Positions 26,954 to 37,793 of a DNA stretch of 64,000 nucleotides are shown in pieces. The stretch is from assembly GCA_044223005.1 (NCBI GenBank), contig JBGAML010000002.1, positions 64,001 to 128,000 on the forward strand, read 5' to 3'. This DNA comes from Candidatus Eiseniibacteriota bacterium. Lineage in GTDB: Bacteria > Eisenbacteria > RBG-16-71-46. The translations under genes and the position numbers were made by a program. Below the pieces are notes generated by a model. The model saw only the letters and a list, made by a program, of their open reading frames with translations. It searched no databases and was not told the DNA's origin. How positions within the stretch are numbered: position 1 is the stretch's first letter; the number at the start of each line of letters is the position of its first letter.

Positions 26954-29571
26954 CGCAGGTCCTGGATCGCCGCCGGCGGGGTCACGTCGGCCGAGCCACC
27001 GAGGCCCGACTGCGGCCACAGCCGGAACGTCGCGAGTTGCTGCTTCGCCAGGCTCGCCTGCAGCACGCCCGCGTTCACGGTGGCGGCGCCGAGGTCGGTC
27101 TCGAGGTGCGTCGTGCGCTGGGCGCTCGCGAGCCCGGTCGCGGGCAGCGAGAGCGCCATCGTACCGCCGGCATCGGCGACGTTCCACACGCGCGCGATCA
27201 CGCCCTGGCTCGAACCCTCTTCGGCGGGCTTGAGCGCCCAGAGCAGCATGCCGGGGGAGGGCAGCGAGAGCAGCGACCACGTCGTGGCAGGCAGCACCGA
27301 ACCTCCGCCACCGGTGACGCGGGTGGCGATCATGGGATCCTGGTGCTCGAGCGCGAAGCGCATCGCGGCGGTGGCGTCGTAGGCGCCGTGCGTCCGCAGC
27401 GAGAAGCGATCCATGAAGCGCGAGTCCCCGCCCTGGTTCGCGATGCCGAGCGAGGTGCCGTCGACCTGCATGCCGACGCACGCCTTGAACCCCGGCGTCG
27501 AGGTGTCGAGCGTCGTCGTCGTGCTGTTGCCGGCCTGGAAGAACGGGCTGTCCCAGTTCGAGACCGTGACGCCGCGGGTGGAGGTGGACAGGTCCACGAA
27601 GTGCCCGAAGCTGAGCCAGTCGGTGCGCGCGTTCTGGTCCGCGTAGTCGCCGCCCTGCGCGGCCCGCGCGACCTTGGCGATCATGCCGACCTCCTCGTGA
27701 CGCATCGTGGCGCCCGAGAGGTTGAACCGCGACGAGTAGGCGACGTTGTTCGAGAAGTTCTGCGTGACGAGCCCTTCGACGTCCACGCGGTTCGTGCCCG
27801 CGTAGAGCGTGACACGCGTCTCGTGCGACGGCGTGCCGCCCGCCACGACGCGCAGCGTGACCGAGACCGGTCCGCTGCTCTCCACCGACACCGTGCCGGC
27901 ACCGCTGCCGAGGTCGTGCACGCCGCCGTTCGCAGCGTCGACCAGTTCGCGGTTGCCGTCCGAGTGGTCGACGATGCTGGTCAGGTTCCCGCGGGTCCCG
28001 AGCGTCACCGCGAGCACGCCGTTGTCCGCCGTGGCGCCGGTGACGGTCGCGGCGGCGGGGAACGTGGCGCCGGCGCCGGCGACGACCTGGTACACCTTGT
28101 AGCCGACCGACGGGACACCACTCGCGAGGATGCGCACGACCGCGGTGCCGTTCACGGTCATCGGCTGGCTCGGGACCTCGCTGCCGGTCGCGACGTCGAT
28201 CACGTGCAGCGGCGCCGCGGTCGAGGTCGGCAGGTCCACGGCCTCGGTGCGCGACCACGAGAGCGGGTTGAAGATCACGTGGCGCTCGCTGCCGCCCGGC
28301 TGCGCCACCGCGGCCGCGAGGCGCGCGAGCGCGGCCGACTGCAGGCCGTCGACGTAGTTCGTGAGCAACGTCAGCTCGTCGCGCTCGAACTGCGCGCGCC
28401 GACTGCGGGCGACCGGGCCGTCCGCGGTCCAGTCGTGCTCGTAGAAGAGCCCCGCGGCCATGAACGCCTGGTCGCGCGCCGTTTCGCGTCCGTTCATGAA
28501 CGTGGGATCGAGCAGCGTCGCGACGGTGGCGAGCGCTTCGGCGGTGCGGAGCTGCTCGACCTTGCGCTTGAACGCCGCCGTGACCTCACCCATCGAAGCC
28601 GAGTAGAGCTCCCACTCGTTGCCGAAGCTGCCGGAGAAGGTCGGGATCTGGCTGCCGTAGTTCGTGGTGAAGTCGTCGAAGAAGTCCTTCTCGTTGGACA
28701 CGATCACGCGGCGGCTCGCGTTGGAGAGCGACTGCGAGGCGCTGACGAACGCGCCCGTGGTCGTCTGCATGTCGTCCCAGCCGTAGCCGAACGCCGCGGA
28801 GACCGGCCACGGCCACGAGGACGCGAACGTGGCGTCGGTGTCCAGGTAGTTGACCGCGTTGGTCGGGTTGCGCGCTTCGCCGTAGCCGCCGATCGACTGG
28901 TTGCCGTTCCGCATCGTGTTCCACTTCATCACCACCGACGAGCCGTCCGGGCCCGCGTAGCGGTAGATCTCGCGCGGGCGGTTGCCCCAGTCCGTGCGCG
29001 TCGCGCAGCCGCACACGCCGCGCCACGAGTACTGCGCGCCCGAACCCGCCCACAGCGAGGCGAGGCCGCCGGGCAGCGTCTGGTTCTCCATCGCGGCGAC
29101 GAGCGGGAACCGCATGTTCCACCGCCGCTCGAGCCGGCCCGCGTAGTACATGCTGCGCAGCACGGCCTCGGCGGGCATGCCCCCGTAGCAGAGCACCGCG
29201 CAGTTGAGCGGCATCGAGAGGTCGCCCGCGCGCAGGTGGTTGGCGAGGCGATTGAGTTCGGTCGCCGACTTGTTCCGCTCGTACTCCCAGACCCAGATGC
29301 TGCCGTCGCAGTTGAACCGGCCGCGCGCGTCCGACGGGTTGCCCGCCGTCGACTCGGACTGGTTCATGTAGTAGTCGAGCATCGTGAGGAAGGCCGTGCG
29401 GTACTGCGCGTCGTCACCCGACCAGAAGTAGTCGGTGTGGTCGTCGTTCGCGATGTAGATCCGCTTCTGCGCGAGTGCCGGCAGGGCGAAGCTCGCCAGG
29501 GCGAGCACGGCGGCGAACGCCATGGCCCACGGGCGGAAGCGGCGGAGCGGACGGGGGTGCGACGCGGTCAT
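26950..29571 (-). CDS. Secreted GH38-like protein, paralog of 20820-23726
   Basis: Colinear with the paralog (NDDHTDYFW, AMENQTLPGG, GDYADQNARTD); ends DVTPPAAIQDLR instead of the Ig domain. Confidence 0.75.
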   Translation of the reverse strand: MTASHPRPLRRFRPWAMAFAAVLALASFALPALAQKRIYIANDDHTDYFWSGDDAQYRTAFLTMLDYYMNQSESTAGNPSDARGRFNCDGSIWVWEYERNKSATELNRLANHLRAGDLSMPLNCAVLCYGGMPAEAVLRSMYYAGRLERRWNMRFPLVAAMENQTLPGGLASLWAGSGAQYSWRGVCGCATRTDWGNRPREIYRYAGPDGSSVVMKWNTMRNGNQSIGGYGEARNPTNAVNYLDTDATFASSWPWPVSAAFGYGWDDMQTTTGAFVSASQSLSNASRRVIVSNEKDFFDDFTTNYGSQIPTFSGSFGNEWELYSASMGEVTAAFKRKVEQLRTAEALATVATLLDPTFMNGRETARDQAFMAAGLFYEHDWTADGPVARSRRAQFERDELTLLTNYVDGLQSAALARLAAAVAQPGGSERHVIFNPLSWSRTEAVDLPTSTAAPLHVIDVATGSEVPSQPMTVNGTAVVRILASGVPSVGYKVYQVVAGAGATFPAAATVTGATADNGVLAVTLGTRGNLTSIVDHSDGNRELVDAANGGVHDLGSGAGTVSVESSGPVSVTLRVVAGGTPSHETRVTLYAGTNRVDVEGLVTQNFSNNVAYSSRFNLSGATMRHEEVGMIAKVARAAQGGDYADQNARTDWLSFGHFVDLSTSTRGVTVSNWDSPFFQAGNSTTTTLDTSTPGFKACVGMQVDGTSLGIANQGGDSRFMDRFSLRTHGAYDATAAMRFALEHQDPMIATRVTGGGGSVLPATTWSLLSLPSPGMLLWALKPAEEGSSQGVIARVWNVADAGGTMALSLPATGLASAQRTTHLETDLGAATVNAGVLQASLAKQQLATFRLWPQSGLGGSADVTPPAAIQDLR

Positions 29572-29700
29572 GCGGGATCCTCGAAAGGTCGAGTGGGCGG
29601 TACCACGGGGTTTTCGGCACTCCGGTGCGGGCTCTTGATCGCCGACGGGCCTGCCCGGGGCGGGCTCGCCGATGCGGCTCCGCGAGGGTAAGGTGCGGGG

Positions 29701-30669
29701 ATGCGACGCGTCACCGGAATTGCAATCGGCCTGCTGGTGCTCGCCGCGGGGCTGCTGCTGAGCCCTCTGGCCCCGGGCAACCTCGTTTCGCACGCCCGCC
29801 CGGCGACCACCTACGCGGCCGGCATCCGCATCGTCGATTCGCTCACGGCGCTCGCCGGCCCCGGGATCTCGTCGGAATGCCGCAGCGAGTGCTTCACCCA
29901 CGGCGGCCGGACGGGGCGCGTGATCGTGCTCTTGCACGGGCTCACGAATTGTCCCGCTCAGTTCGACTCGCTCGCCCGGCTCGCGTTCGCGACGGGCGCC
30001 AACGTCTACGTGCCGCGGTTGCCGCACCACGGATTCGCCGACCGCATGACTCCCGAACTCGCGCGCCTGCGCGCCGAGGAACTGTGTGCGTTCACCGACC
30101 GCGTGCTCGACGCCGCGCACGGGCTCGGCGACAGCGTCACGGTGATGGGGCTCTCGATCGGCGGCGTGATGGCGGCGTGGGCGGGCCAGGAACGCGCCGA
30201 CGTCGATCGCGCCGTCGCGATCGCGCCCATGATCGGCTGGGCCGGGGCGCCCGGCCCCGCGCGGACCGCGGCGCTCGCTCGCCTGGGCGGCACGCTGCCG
30301 AATGCGTTCGTGTGGTGGGACGACCAGCTCAAGGAACGCCTCGGCGGACCGCGGCACGTCTACCCGCGCTTCGCCACGCGCTCGGTCGCCGCCTGCATGC
30401 AGATGGGCGGCGCGACGCTCGCGCGTGCGGCGCACCGCGCGCCCGCGGCGCGCGAGCTGGTGATGATCACGGTGGGCGGCGACAAGGCCGCCGACAACGG
30501 CGCTGCGGCCGCGCTCGTCGCGGCATGGCGCGCGCACGGCGCGCGGAACGTGCGGACGATCGAGTTCCCCGCGTCGCTGCACCTGAACCACGACATCGTG
30601 GATCCCGAGCAGGTCGGCGCCCGCCCCGCGGTGAGCTATCCCGTGCTGCTCGCCGCGCTCGCGCCCTGA
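29701..30669 (+). CDS. Alpha/beta hydrolase (carboxylesterase-like)
   Basis: LLHGL; PRLPHHG; nucleophile elbow GLSIGG; candidate Asp (DKAAD) and His (NHD). Confidence 0.85.
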   Translation: MRRVTGIAIGLLVLAAGLLLSPLAPGNLVSHARPATTYAAGIRIVDSLTALAGPGISSECRSECFTHGGRTGRVIVLLHGLTNCPAQFDSLARLAFATGANVYVPRLPHHGFADRMTPELARLRAEELCAFTDRVLDAAHGLGDSVTVMGLSIGGVMAAWAGQERADVDRAVAIAPMIGWAGAPGPARTAALARLGGTLPNAFVWWDDQLKERLGGPRHVYPRFATRSVAACMQMGGATLARAAHRAPAARELVMITVGGDKAADNGAAAALVAAWRAHGARNVRTIEFPASLHLNHDIVDPEQVGARPAVSYPVLLAALAP

Positions 30670-30676
30670 GCAGAGC

Positions 30677-31309
30677 TCACCGGTAGATCGACTTGAGCCG
30701 GCCCCACGTCGGCGCGAGCACCGGCACCGGGCCGGGGCAGCGCACGCCGAGCCGCGCCGCCACCTGCGCCACGTCGGCGGCATCGGTGGTGCCGTTGTGG
30801 TCGAAGTCCGCCGTCGGATCCGCGCCCCCGATCTTGCCTGTCGCGACCGCGACGTCGGCCGCCGTCACCATGAGGTCGCCGTCCTGGTCGATCGGCGCCA
30901 CGGTCACGCGGCCGATCAGCACGCCGTCGGCGTAAACGGGCACGCCGACCCCGGGGCCTCCCGGTGCGAACGCACACCCGCCGCCGGCGCGCAGGTCGAA
31001 GTTCGACTGCCCGAGCGCGTTCGTGATCACGGTCACGGTGCGGCTGACCAGGTTCACGTTGCAGTTCGTGCAGCTGGTCGCGCAGAACGTCACCTCCGGG
31101 CACGACGAGAAATCCAGCGTGACCCACGAGTTCGCGACCGGTGTCGCGGCGAAGTCGCGTACGGTGACGTGGAAGATCACGCTGCCGTCGGGCGAAGTGA
31201 CGAGCACGGGATCCACCGTGCTGCTGTTCGGGGCGGGGATATTCGCACGCGCGGCGAGCGGCAGGGCGAGCGCGAGCAGGAGTGCGACGAGGGTACGAGT
31301 GGCACGCAT
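30677..31309 (-). CDS. Secreted Cys-rich protein with dockerin-like Ca-binding pair and TWGRLKSIYR tail
   Basis: Signal peptide; DQDGDLMVTAADV and DFDHNGTTDAADV; GGAGGAG RBS. Confidence 0.8.
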   Translation of the reverse strand: MRATRTLVALLLALALPLAARANIPAPNSSTVDPVLVTSPDGSVIFHVTVRDFAATPVANSWVTLDFSSCPEVTFCATSCTNCNVNLVSRTVTVITNALGQSNFDLRAGGGCAFAPGGPGVGVPVYADGVLIGRVTVAPIDQDGDLMVTAADVAVATGKIGGADPTADFDHNGTTDAADVAQVAARLGVRCPGPVPVLAPTWGRLKSIYR

Positions 31310-31494
31310 GGCGGGTTCTCCTCCCGGAAAAGGGGGTCGGGCGGGGGCCCGGGCGAGGCTCGTACAGCAAACCCCAGGACCGCGCCGACGTCACACGCGA
31401 AGATCGATCGAGCCGCCCAACCCTGCGCCGGCACACGGGTTCACGACCACGAAACCGCGACTCGCACGGGCGCGGACGGCGTTCGCGAATGCCG

Positions 31495-31524
31495 TTGCAA
31501 CCCGCTCGCGGGCGGCGGGATACT
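31495..31524 (+). promoter_or_regulatory. Possible sigma-70 promoter of the RiPP operon
   Basis: TTGCAA-N18-GATACT about 70 nt upstream of the precursor ATG. Confidence 0.35.
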
Positions 31525-31592
31525 CCCGGCCGCAGTTCGCTCACCGGCCCCGATCGGGGCCCTCGTCGCAGTCGTCGTATCGGAGGTGCCCG

Positions 31593-31757
31593 ATGTCCGA
31601 GAAGAAGAACGAAGCCCAGCAGCCCTTCTTCGCCCGCTTCCTCCAGAACCAGGCGCACGACCAGTTCCCGAGCATCCAGTCGGCGATCCAGGCCGGCCGC
31701 AAGCTGCCCGAGACGATGAAGTACCCGTCGGACAACGACGAGTGGCCGACGATGTAA
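31593..31757 (+). CDS. Microviridin/graspetide precursor peptide (MdnA/MvdE-like), 54 aa
   Basis: MSEKKNEAQQPFFARFLQNQAHDQFPSIQSAIQAGRKLPETMKYPSDNDEWPTM; PFFARFL leader and TxKYPSD core; GGAGG RBS. Confidence 0.95.
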   Translation: MSEKKNEAQQPFFARFLQNQAHDQFPSIQSAIQAGRKLPETMKYPSDNDEWPTM

Positions 31758-31884
31758 CCAGCGCAGTTCGCGGCGCTCGCCGGTCCTGACCGGCACGTCG
31801 CGTGGCGGGGCCGCGATGCGCGCCGAGACCGGCGTGGGTCGCGGCCTCCGGCATTCCCACCCTCATCGCGCTCCCCGGGTCCCC

Positions 31885-32859
31885 GTGACCGCTCCCACCG
31901 TCCTGCTGGTCACCCACCGCGCCGACCACTTCACCATCGACCGCGTCGCCGCGGCCGTCGCGCGGCGCGGCGGGCGCCCGTTCCGCTTCGACTCCGACCA
32001 GTTCCCGGCGACCGTGCGGCTCTCCGCGCATTCGGGCGTCGACGGCGAGCGCCGGGTGATCGACGTGGACGGGAGCGTGCTCGACATCGCGCAGGTCCGG
32101 GCGGTGTGGGCCCGGCGGATGTGGCCGGCGGCGCTCGATCCAGCGCTCGACGAGCGCTTCCGCGGCGCGTGCGAGCGCGAGTCGCGCGCGGCGCTCGAAG
32201 CGTTCCTCGGTGGCTTGTCGGACGCTCACTGGATCAACGCGCCGGCGGCCGACCGGCGTGCGGGCGACAAACTCCTGCAACTGCGCCTCGCGCGCACGCA
32301 CGGGCTCGCCGTGCCGGAGACGCTGCTCACTAACGATCCCGGCGCGGCGCGCACGTTCTTCGATCGCGCGGGCGGCGACGTCGTCGCCAAGATGCTGACG
32401 CCGTTCAGCACGAGCATGGAGGGCGACGGGGCGTTCGTGTACACGAGCCCGGTGACCGAACAGGACCTGCGCGACGCGGGAGCACTCCGACACAGCCCGA
32501 TGCTGTTCCAGCGTCGCGTGCCCAAGGCGCTCGAGCTGCGCGTCGCGACGGTCCGCGGCCGGCACTTCGTCGGCGCCGTCGACGCGACGGCGACGGTCGA
32601 AGGCCGCGAGGACTGGCGGCGGAGCGAGGCCGGCGCGACCGCATGGGTGCGCGGTACGCTGCCCGAGCCGGTCGGCTCGGCGTTGCGCGCACTGCTCTCG
32701 GCGCTCGGGCTGGAATACGCCGCCACCGACTTGATCGTGACCCCCGAGGGCGAGCACGTCTTCCTCGAGGTGAATCCCGGCGGCGAGTGGGGCATGCTGG
32801 AACGCGACCTGGATCTCGGCATCTCCGACGCGCTCGCCGACGCGCTCTGCGCGGAATGA
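31885..32859 (+). CDS. ATP-grasp RiPP maturase, MdnB/MvdC-like (macrolactam)
   Basis: VLLVTHRADHFTIDRV; KLLQL; VYTS; ELRV; DWRR; FLEVNPGGEWGMLE. Confidence 0.9.
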   Translation: MTAPTVLLVTHRADHFTIDRVAAAVARRGGRPFRFDSDQFPATVRLSAHSGVDGERRVIDVDGSVLDIAQVRAVWARRMWPAALDPALDERFRGACERESRAALEAFLGGLSDAHWINAPAADRRAGDKLLQLRLARTHGLAVPETLLTNDPGAARTFFDRAGGDVVAKMLTPFSTSMEGDGAFVYTSPVTEQDLRDAGALRHSPMLFQRRVPKALELRVATVRGRHFVGAVDATATVEGREDWRRSEAGATAWVRGTLPEPVGSALRALLSALGLEYAATDLIVTPEGEHVFLEVNPGGEWGMLERDLDLGISDALADALCAE

Positions 32860-33851
32860 GGAATCCCATGACGGTGCTGGTCGTCACCCACAGCGAGGAC
32901 AACACCTGCGTCCCGGCGGTCACGGAAGCCATCGCCCGCAAGGGCGGGCGCGCGATCCGCTTCGACACGGACCAGTTCCCCGCCCGCTCGCGCATCGTGG
33001 CGCGTGACGGCGATGGCGTGCCCGCGCACGTCCTGCACACGGACGCGGGCGCCGTCGATCTCGACGCGGTGACGGCGATCTGGTACCGGCGCATCGCGTT
33101 CGGGCGTGACCTGCCCGCCGCGATGGATCCGCAGCTTCAGCGCGCGTGCCGCCAGGAATCGCAGGCCAGCGCGATGGGCCTGCTCGCCAGCCTGCGCGCG
33201 TTCGCGCTCGATCCGGTCGAACGCATCAAGCACGCCGAGCACAAGCAGCTCCAGCTGCGCGTGGCGCGCGACCTGGGACTCGAGATCCCGCGCACGCTGA
33301 TCACGAACGACCGCGAGGCGGTGCGCGCGTTCGCCGCGTCGTGCCCGGGCGGCGTCGTGGCGAAGATGCTGTCGTCCTTCAGCGTCCAGCAGGACGGGAT
33401 GGAGAAGGTCGTCTACACGACGGCGCTGGGGCCCGGCGACCTCGAGCGGATGGACGGCCTCGAGTGGAGCCCGATGACGTTCCAGGAGCTCGTTCCCAAG
33501 GCGATCGAACTGCGCGTCACGGTGGTCGGCGACCGCATCCTCGCCGCGGCGGTCGAATCGCCCGCGTACGCCGGCGCCGAGACCGACTGGCGCCGCCTCG
33601 GCCCGTCGCTCGCCGATCGCTGGCAGCCTTACGCGTTCCCGGCCGAGCTCGCGCCGAAGGTCCTGCGCATGATGGACGTGTTCCGGCTCAACTACGGCGC
33701 GTTCGACTTCATCCTCACGCCTGAGGGGCGCTGGGTGTTCCTCGAGGTCAACCCCGCGGGCGAGTTCTTCTGGCTCGATCCCGTGCTCGGCGGGGCGATC
33801 TCGGACGCGATGGCCGACGTGCTGCTGGGACAGGCCTTCCGCCGCGAGTAG
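32856..33851 (+). CDS. ATP-grasp RiPP maturase, MdnC/MvdD-like (macrolactone)
   Basis: MTVLVVTHSEDN; RFDTDQFP; HKQLQL; AKMLSSF; NYGAFDFI; FLEVNPAGEFFW. Confidence 0.9.
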   Translation: MRNPMTVLVVTHSEDNTCVPAVTEAIARKGGRAIRFDTDQFPARSRIVARDGDGVPAHVLHTDAGAVDLDAVTAIWYRRIAFGRDLPAAMDPQLQRACRQESQASAMGLLASLRAFALDPVERIKHAEHKQLQLRVARDLGLEIPRTLITNDREAVRAFAASCPGGVVAKMLSSFSVQQDGMEKVVYTTALGPGDLERMDGLEWSPMTFQELVPKAIELRVTVVGDRILAAAVESPAYAGAETDWRRLGPSLADRWQPYAFPAELAPKVLRMMDVFRLNYGAFDFILTPEGRWVFLEVNPAGEFFWLDPVLGGAISDAMADVLLGQAFRRE

Positions 33852-33860
33852 GAACGCCGC

Positions 33861-35647
33861 TCAGGCGGCGGGGTGGACCTCGACCTGCGCGGCCGCCGGG
33901 CCCTGCACGGGCAGCTCGAACACCAGTGCCGCACCGCCGCCGCGCACGTTCTCGGCCCAGATGTGGCCTTCGTGGCCGTGCACGATCTCGCGGCAGATGG
34001 CGAGCCCGAGGCCGGTGCCGCCGGCGTTCGCGTCGTGGTTCGTGGCCTGCGTGAACGATTCGAAGATCAGGCCGAGCTCCGCTTCCGGAATGCCCCGGCC
34101 CGTGTCCCGCACCGTCACGCGCACCATCGAGCCGGCGGGCTCGACGCGGATGGTGACGCGGCCGTCGGGCGGCGTGAACCGCGCGGCGTTGGAGAGCAGG
34201 TTGCGGAACACCTGCAGCACCTTGAGCCGGTCGGCGAGCACCGGAGGCGCTTCGGGATCGGCCTCGACGTCGAGCGACAGCTGGCGCTCCTGCACGAACG
34301 ACGCGAACTGGTCCGCGGCTTCGTCGGCCACGTCCGCGAGCGAAACCTCGTCGAACTGGAACGACATCCGGCCCGCCTCGAACTTGGAGAGGTCGAGCAG
34401 GTCGTTGAGGAGCGTGAGCAGGCTGTCGCCGCAGGCTTCGATGTGCTCGAAGTTCTCCTGCAGCTCCTGCCGGTCGGCGGTGGCCGCGTCGCGGACGCCG
34501 AAGCGGGCGAAGCTGAGGATGCCGTGCATGGGCGTCCGCAGTTCGTGCGAGATGTTCGCGAGGAAGAGCGACTTCGCGCGCATGGCGGCTTCCGCCGCGG
34601 CGCGGGCGCGAATCAGCCCGTCGCGCTGGGCGAAGAACTCCTCGACGAGTTGGGCGAGATGACCGAGTTCGTCGTGGCGCTTCGCCGTCTCGTGCAGTCC
34701 GTCGGGATCCTGGTTGCGAAGGGCGGTGGTGATGCGCAGCAGCGGCCGCCCGACGCCGGCCCCGAGCGCGATCCACGACAGCAGCAGCACGACGAGCGTG
34801 CCCGCGACCATCGCCCGGTGGGAACGCTGCATCGAGGCATGGACGTTGGCGATCACCGGATTGTTGGTGCGGAACGAGAGCGTGGCCACCGGCCGGCCGT
34901 CGAGACCCGGCAGCTGGGCGGTCGCCTCGACGATGCCGTTGTGCCAGTCGCCGTTCGGGCGGGCGGGCCCGGGCCGCGGCGAGACGAGTGCCGCGGTGCC
35001 GTCGCCGACCTGGGAGAGCCGGTGCAGCCGGTCGGCGTTCCAGACCCGGGCGATGAGGTAGTAGCCGTGAGGAGGACCGTTGCGCAGCGTATCGTCACTG
35101 TGTTGCACCGGTGCGGTCCAGACCTCCACGACCTGGCCGGACCGGCGCGCGAAGAAGTGCGAGAACGGTTCGCGGCGGAGTTGCGGGCCCAGCTGCGCGG
35201 GAGGCGCGGGCAGTTCGCGCAGCGCGGGTGACTCGGCGAGGTTGGCCGCGTAGAGCACCCCGAGGTCCGTGCCGACGATCCACGCGCCGTCAAGGCGAAA
35301 GGTGCCCAGCGTCGGGTCGACGTTGATCTGCGCCCAGTGGCGGTCGGGGCGGTGAGTGAAGTCGACCATCTCGTCCCAGCGCGTGTAGTCCTCGGCGTGC
35401 CCGGCGGCACCCTCCGCCTGCAGGTCGAGCAGCTTGCCGAGCACCTGCTGGCTCTGCGCCACGCGATCGCGGAACAGCGCGTTGACCTGCTGCGCCTGCT
35501 GGTGGTCGGCCCACAGGATCAGCATGAGCAGCACGGCCGCCGTCGCCATCAGCAGCACCCCGGCGCGCGTCTGCACGCTCCAGCGCTGGTGACCCGTCGG
35601 CGGCGACGGCGGGGATGCCGCGGATCCCGCCGGCTGCGGCTTCGTGG

Positions 35648-35651
<4 letters not shown>
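33861..35651 (-). CDS. Sensor histidine kinase with CHASE4-like periplasmic domain and HAMP-like linker
   Basis: Two TMs; DYTRWDEM; FLANISHELRTP; NLLSNA; DTGRGI; GTGLGL. Confidence 0.9.
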
Positions 35652-36724
<1,073 letters not shown>

Positions 36725-36955
36725 ACAACCTCCCTGTACGCCGTGAATTGCCCCGGGGGGGGGTATGCGGGTTTTCGGCCGGCGAGCGGACTCTCAAGAG
36801 CGCTATTTCCGGCGCCCCACATCCTTGCGAGCGTGTTGCCGTCCAAGGACTTGCGCGAGCGGTTCCGGGCTGAGAGAGTGGCCCGGGCGCTCGACGTGGC
36901 TCCATCGGTGGTTGCCGAATCGCCGCGTGCGCCGGACGGAACGATCGGGGGCCGG

Positions 36956-37576
36956 ATGTTTCTGCTTCGCTCGTCGACCGCCGGAGGCGGTGCCGGGATC
37001 GTCGCGCGCGCCGCGGCGCTCGTGCTCGCCGCCGGCCTTCTCGCGGGTGCGTGCGCGCGCCGCCTGCCGCCGGGGCCCGTGGCGCCGGATGCGCCCGTGC
37101 AGGACGACCTCGTGAACGCGCCGGCGTTCGAGTTCCGCGGCTGCTCGCTCACGCCGCTCGCCCGCTTCCACGTCGTGGCTCGCGTCTTGTCGACCCGACG
37201 CTACTGGCTGGGGAGGGAGACCGCGCTCGCACCGGTCGATCTCGCGCTGGGCTGGGGGCCGATGTCCGATTCGGACGTGCTGAAGAAGATCTCGATCACG
37301 CAGATGGGGCGCTACTACATGTGGTCGACGCACGACCCGCCGATCGAGCTCGAGGAGATCTCCGCGAACAGCGCCAACATGCACCTGATTCCCGCGACGC
37401 CCGAGGTGCGTGCGCGCATCGGCCGCGTCCGCGCGGGTGACGTCGTCGAGTTCTCGGGCGCGCTCGTGTCCGTGCGCGGGGCGGACGGCTGGAGCTGGAC
37501 GAGTTCGACGAGCCGCGACGACACCGGCGACGGTGCCTGCGAGGTCGTGTTCGCCGAATCGCTCGTCGTGCGCTGA
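36956..37576 (+). CDS. Conserved hypothetical lipoprotein
   Basis: Lipobox LLAGAC; PVDLALGWG; SANMHLIP; SRDDTGDGACEV. Start uncertain. Confidence 0.7.
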   Translation: MFLLRSSTAGGGAGIVARAAALVLAAGLLAGACARRLPPGPVAPDAPVQDDLVNAPAFEFRGCSLTPLARFHVVARVLSTRRYWLGRETALAPVDLALGWGPMSDSDVLKKISITQMGRYYMWSTHDPPIELEEISANSANMHLIPATPEVRARIGRVRAGDVVEFSGALVSVRGADGWSWTSSTSRDDTGDGACEVVFAESLVVR

Positions 37577-37793
37577 CGGTCGCGCGCGCGCCGGACTTTC
37601 ACGGAACCGCGCGGCGATTGCCGTGAGACGGCGTTCGCGTGTTAGGCTCCGAGGGAAAGAGCCGTGCCTGTCGGTCTCGGTTCCTTCCGGTTCGGAGCGG
37701 AAGCTCCGTTCGTGTTCACCGGGCCGAAATCGGTCTGCCCCTCCTCGCCGACCCCTCGGCGGTGAAGACCCGTTCGCCGGAGCCTTCAACGTC

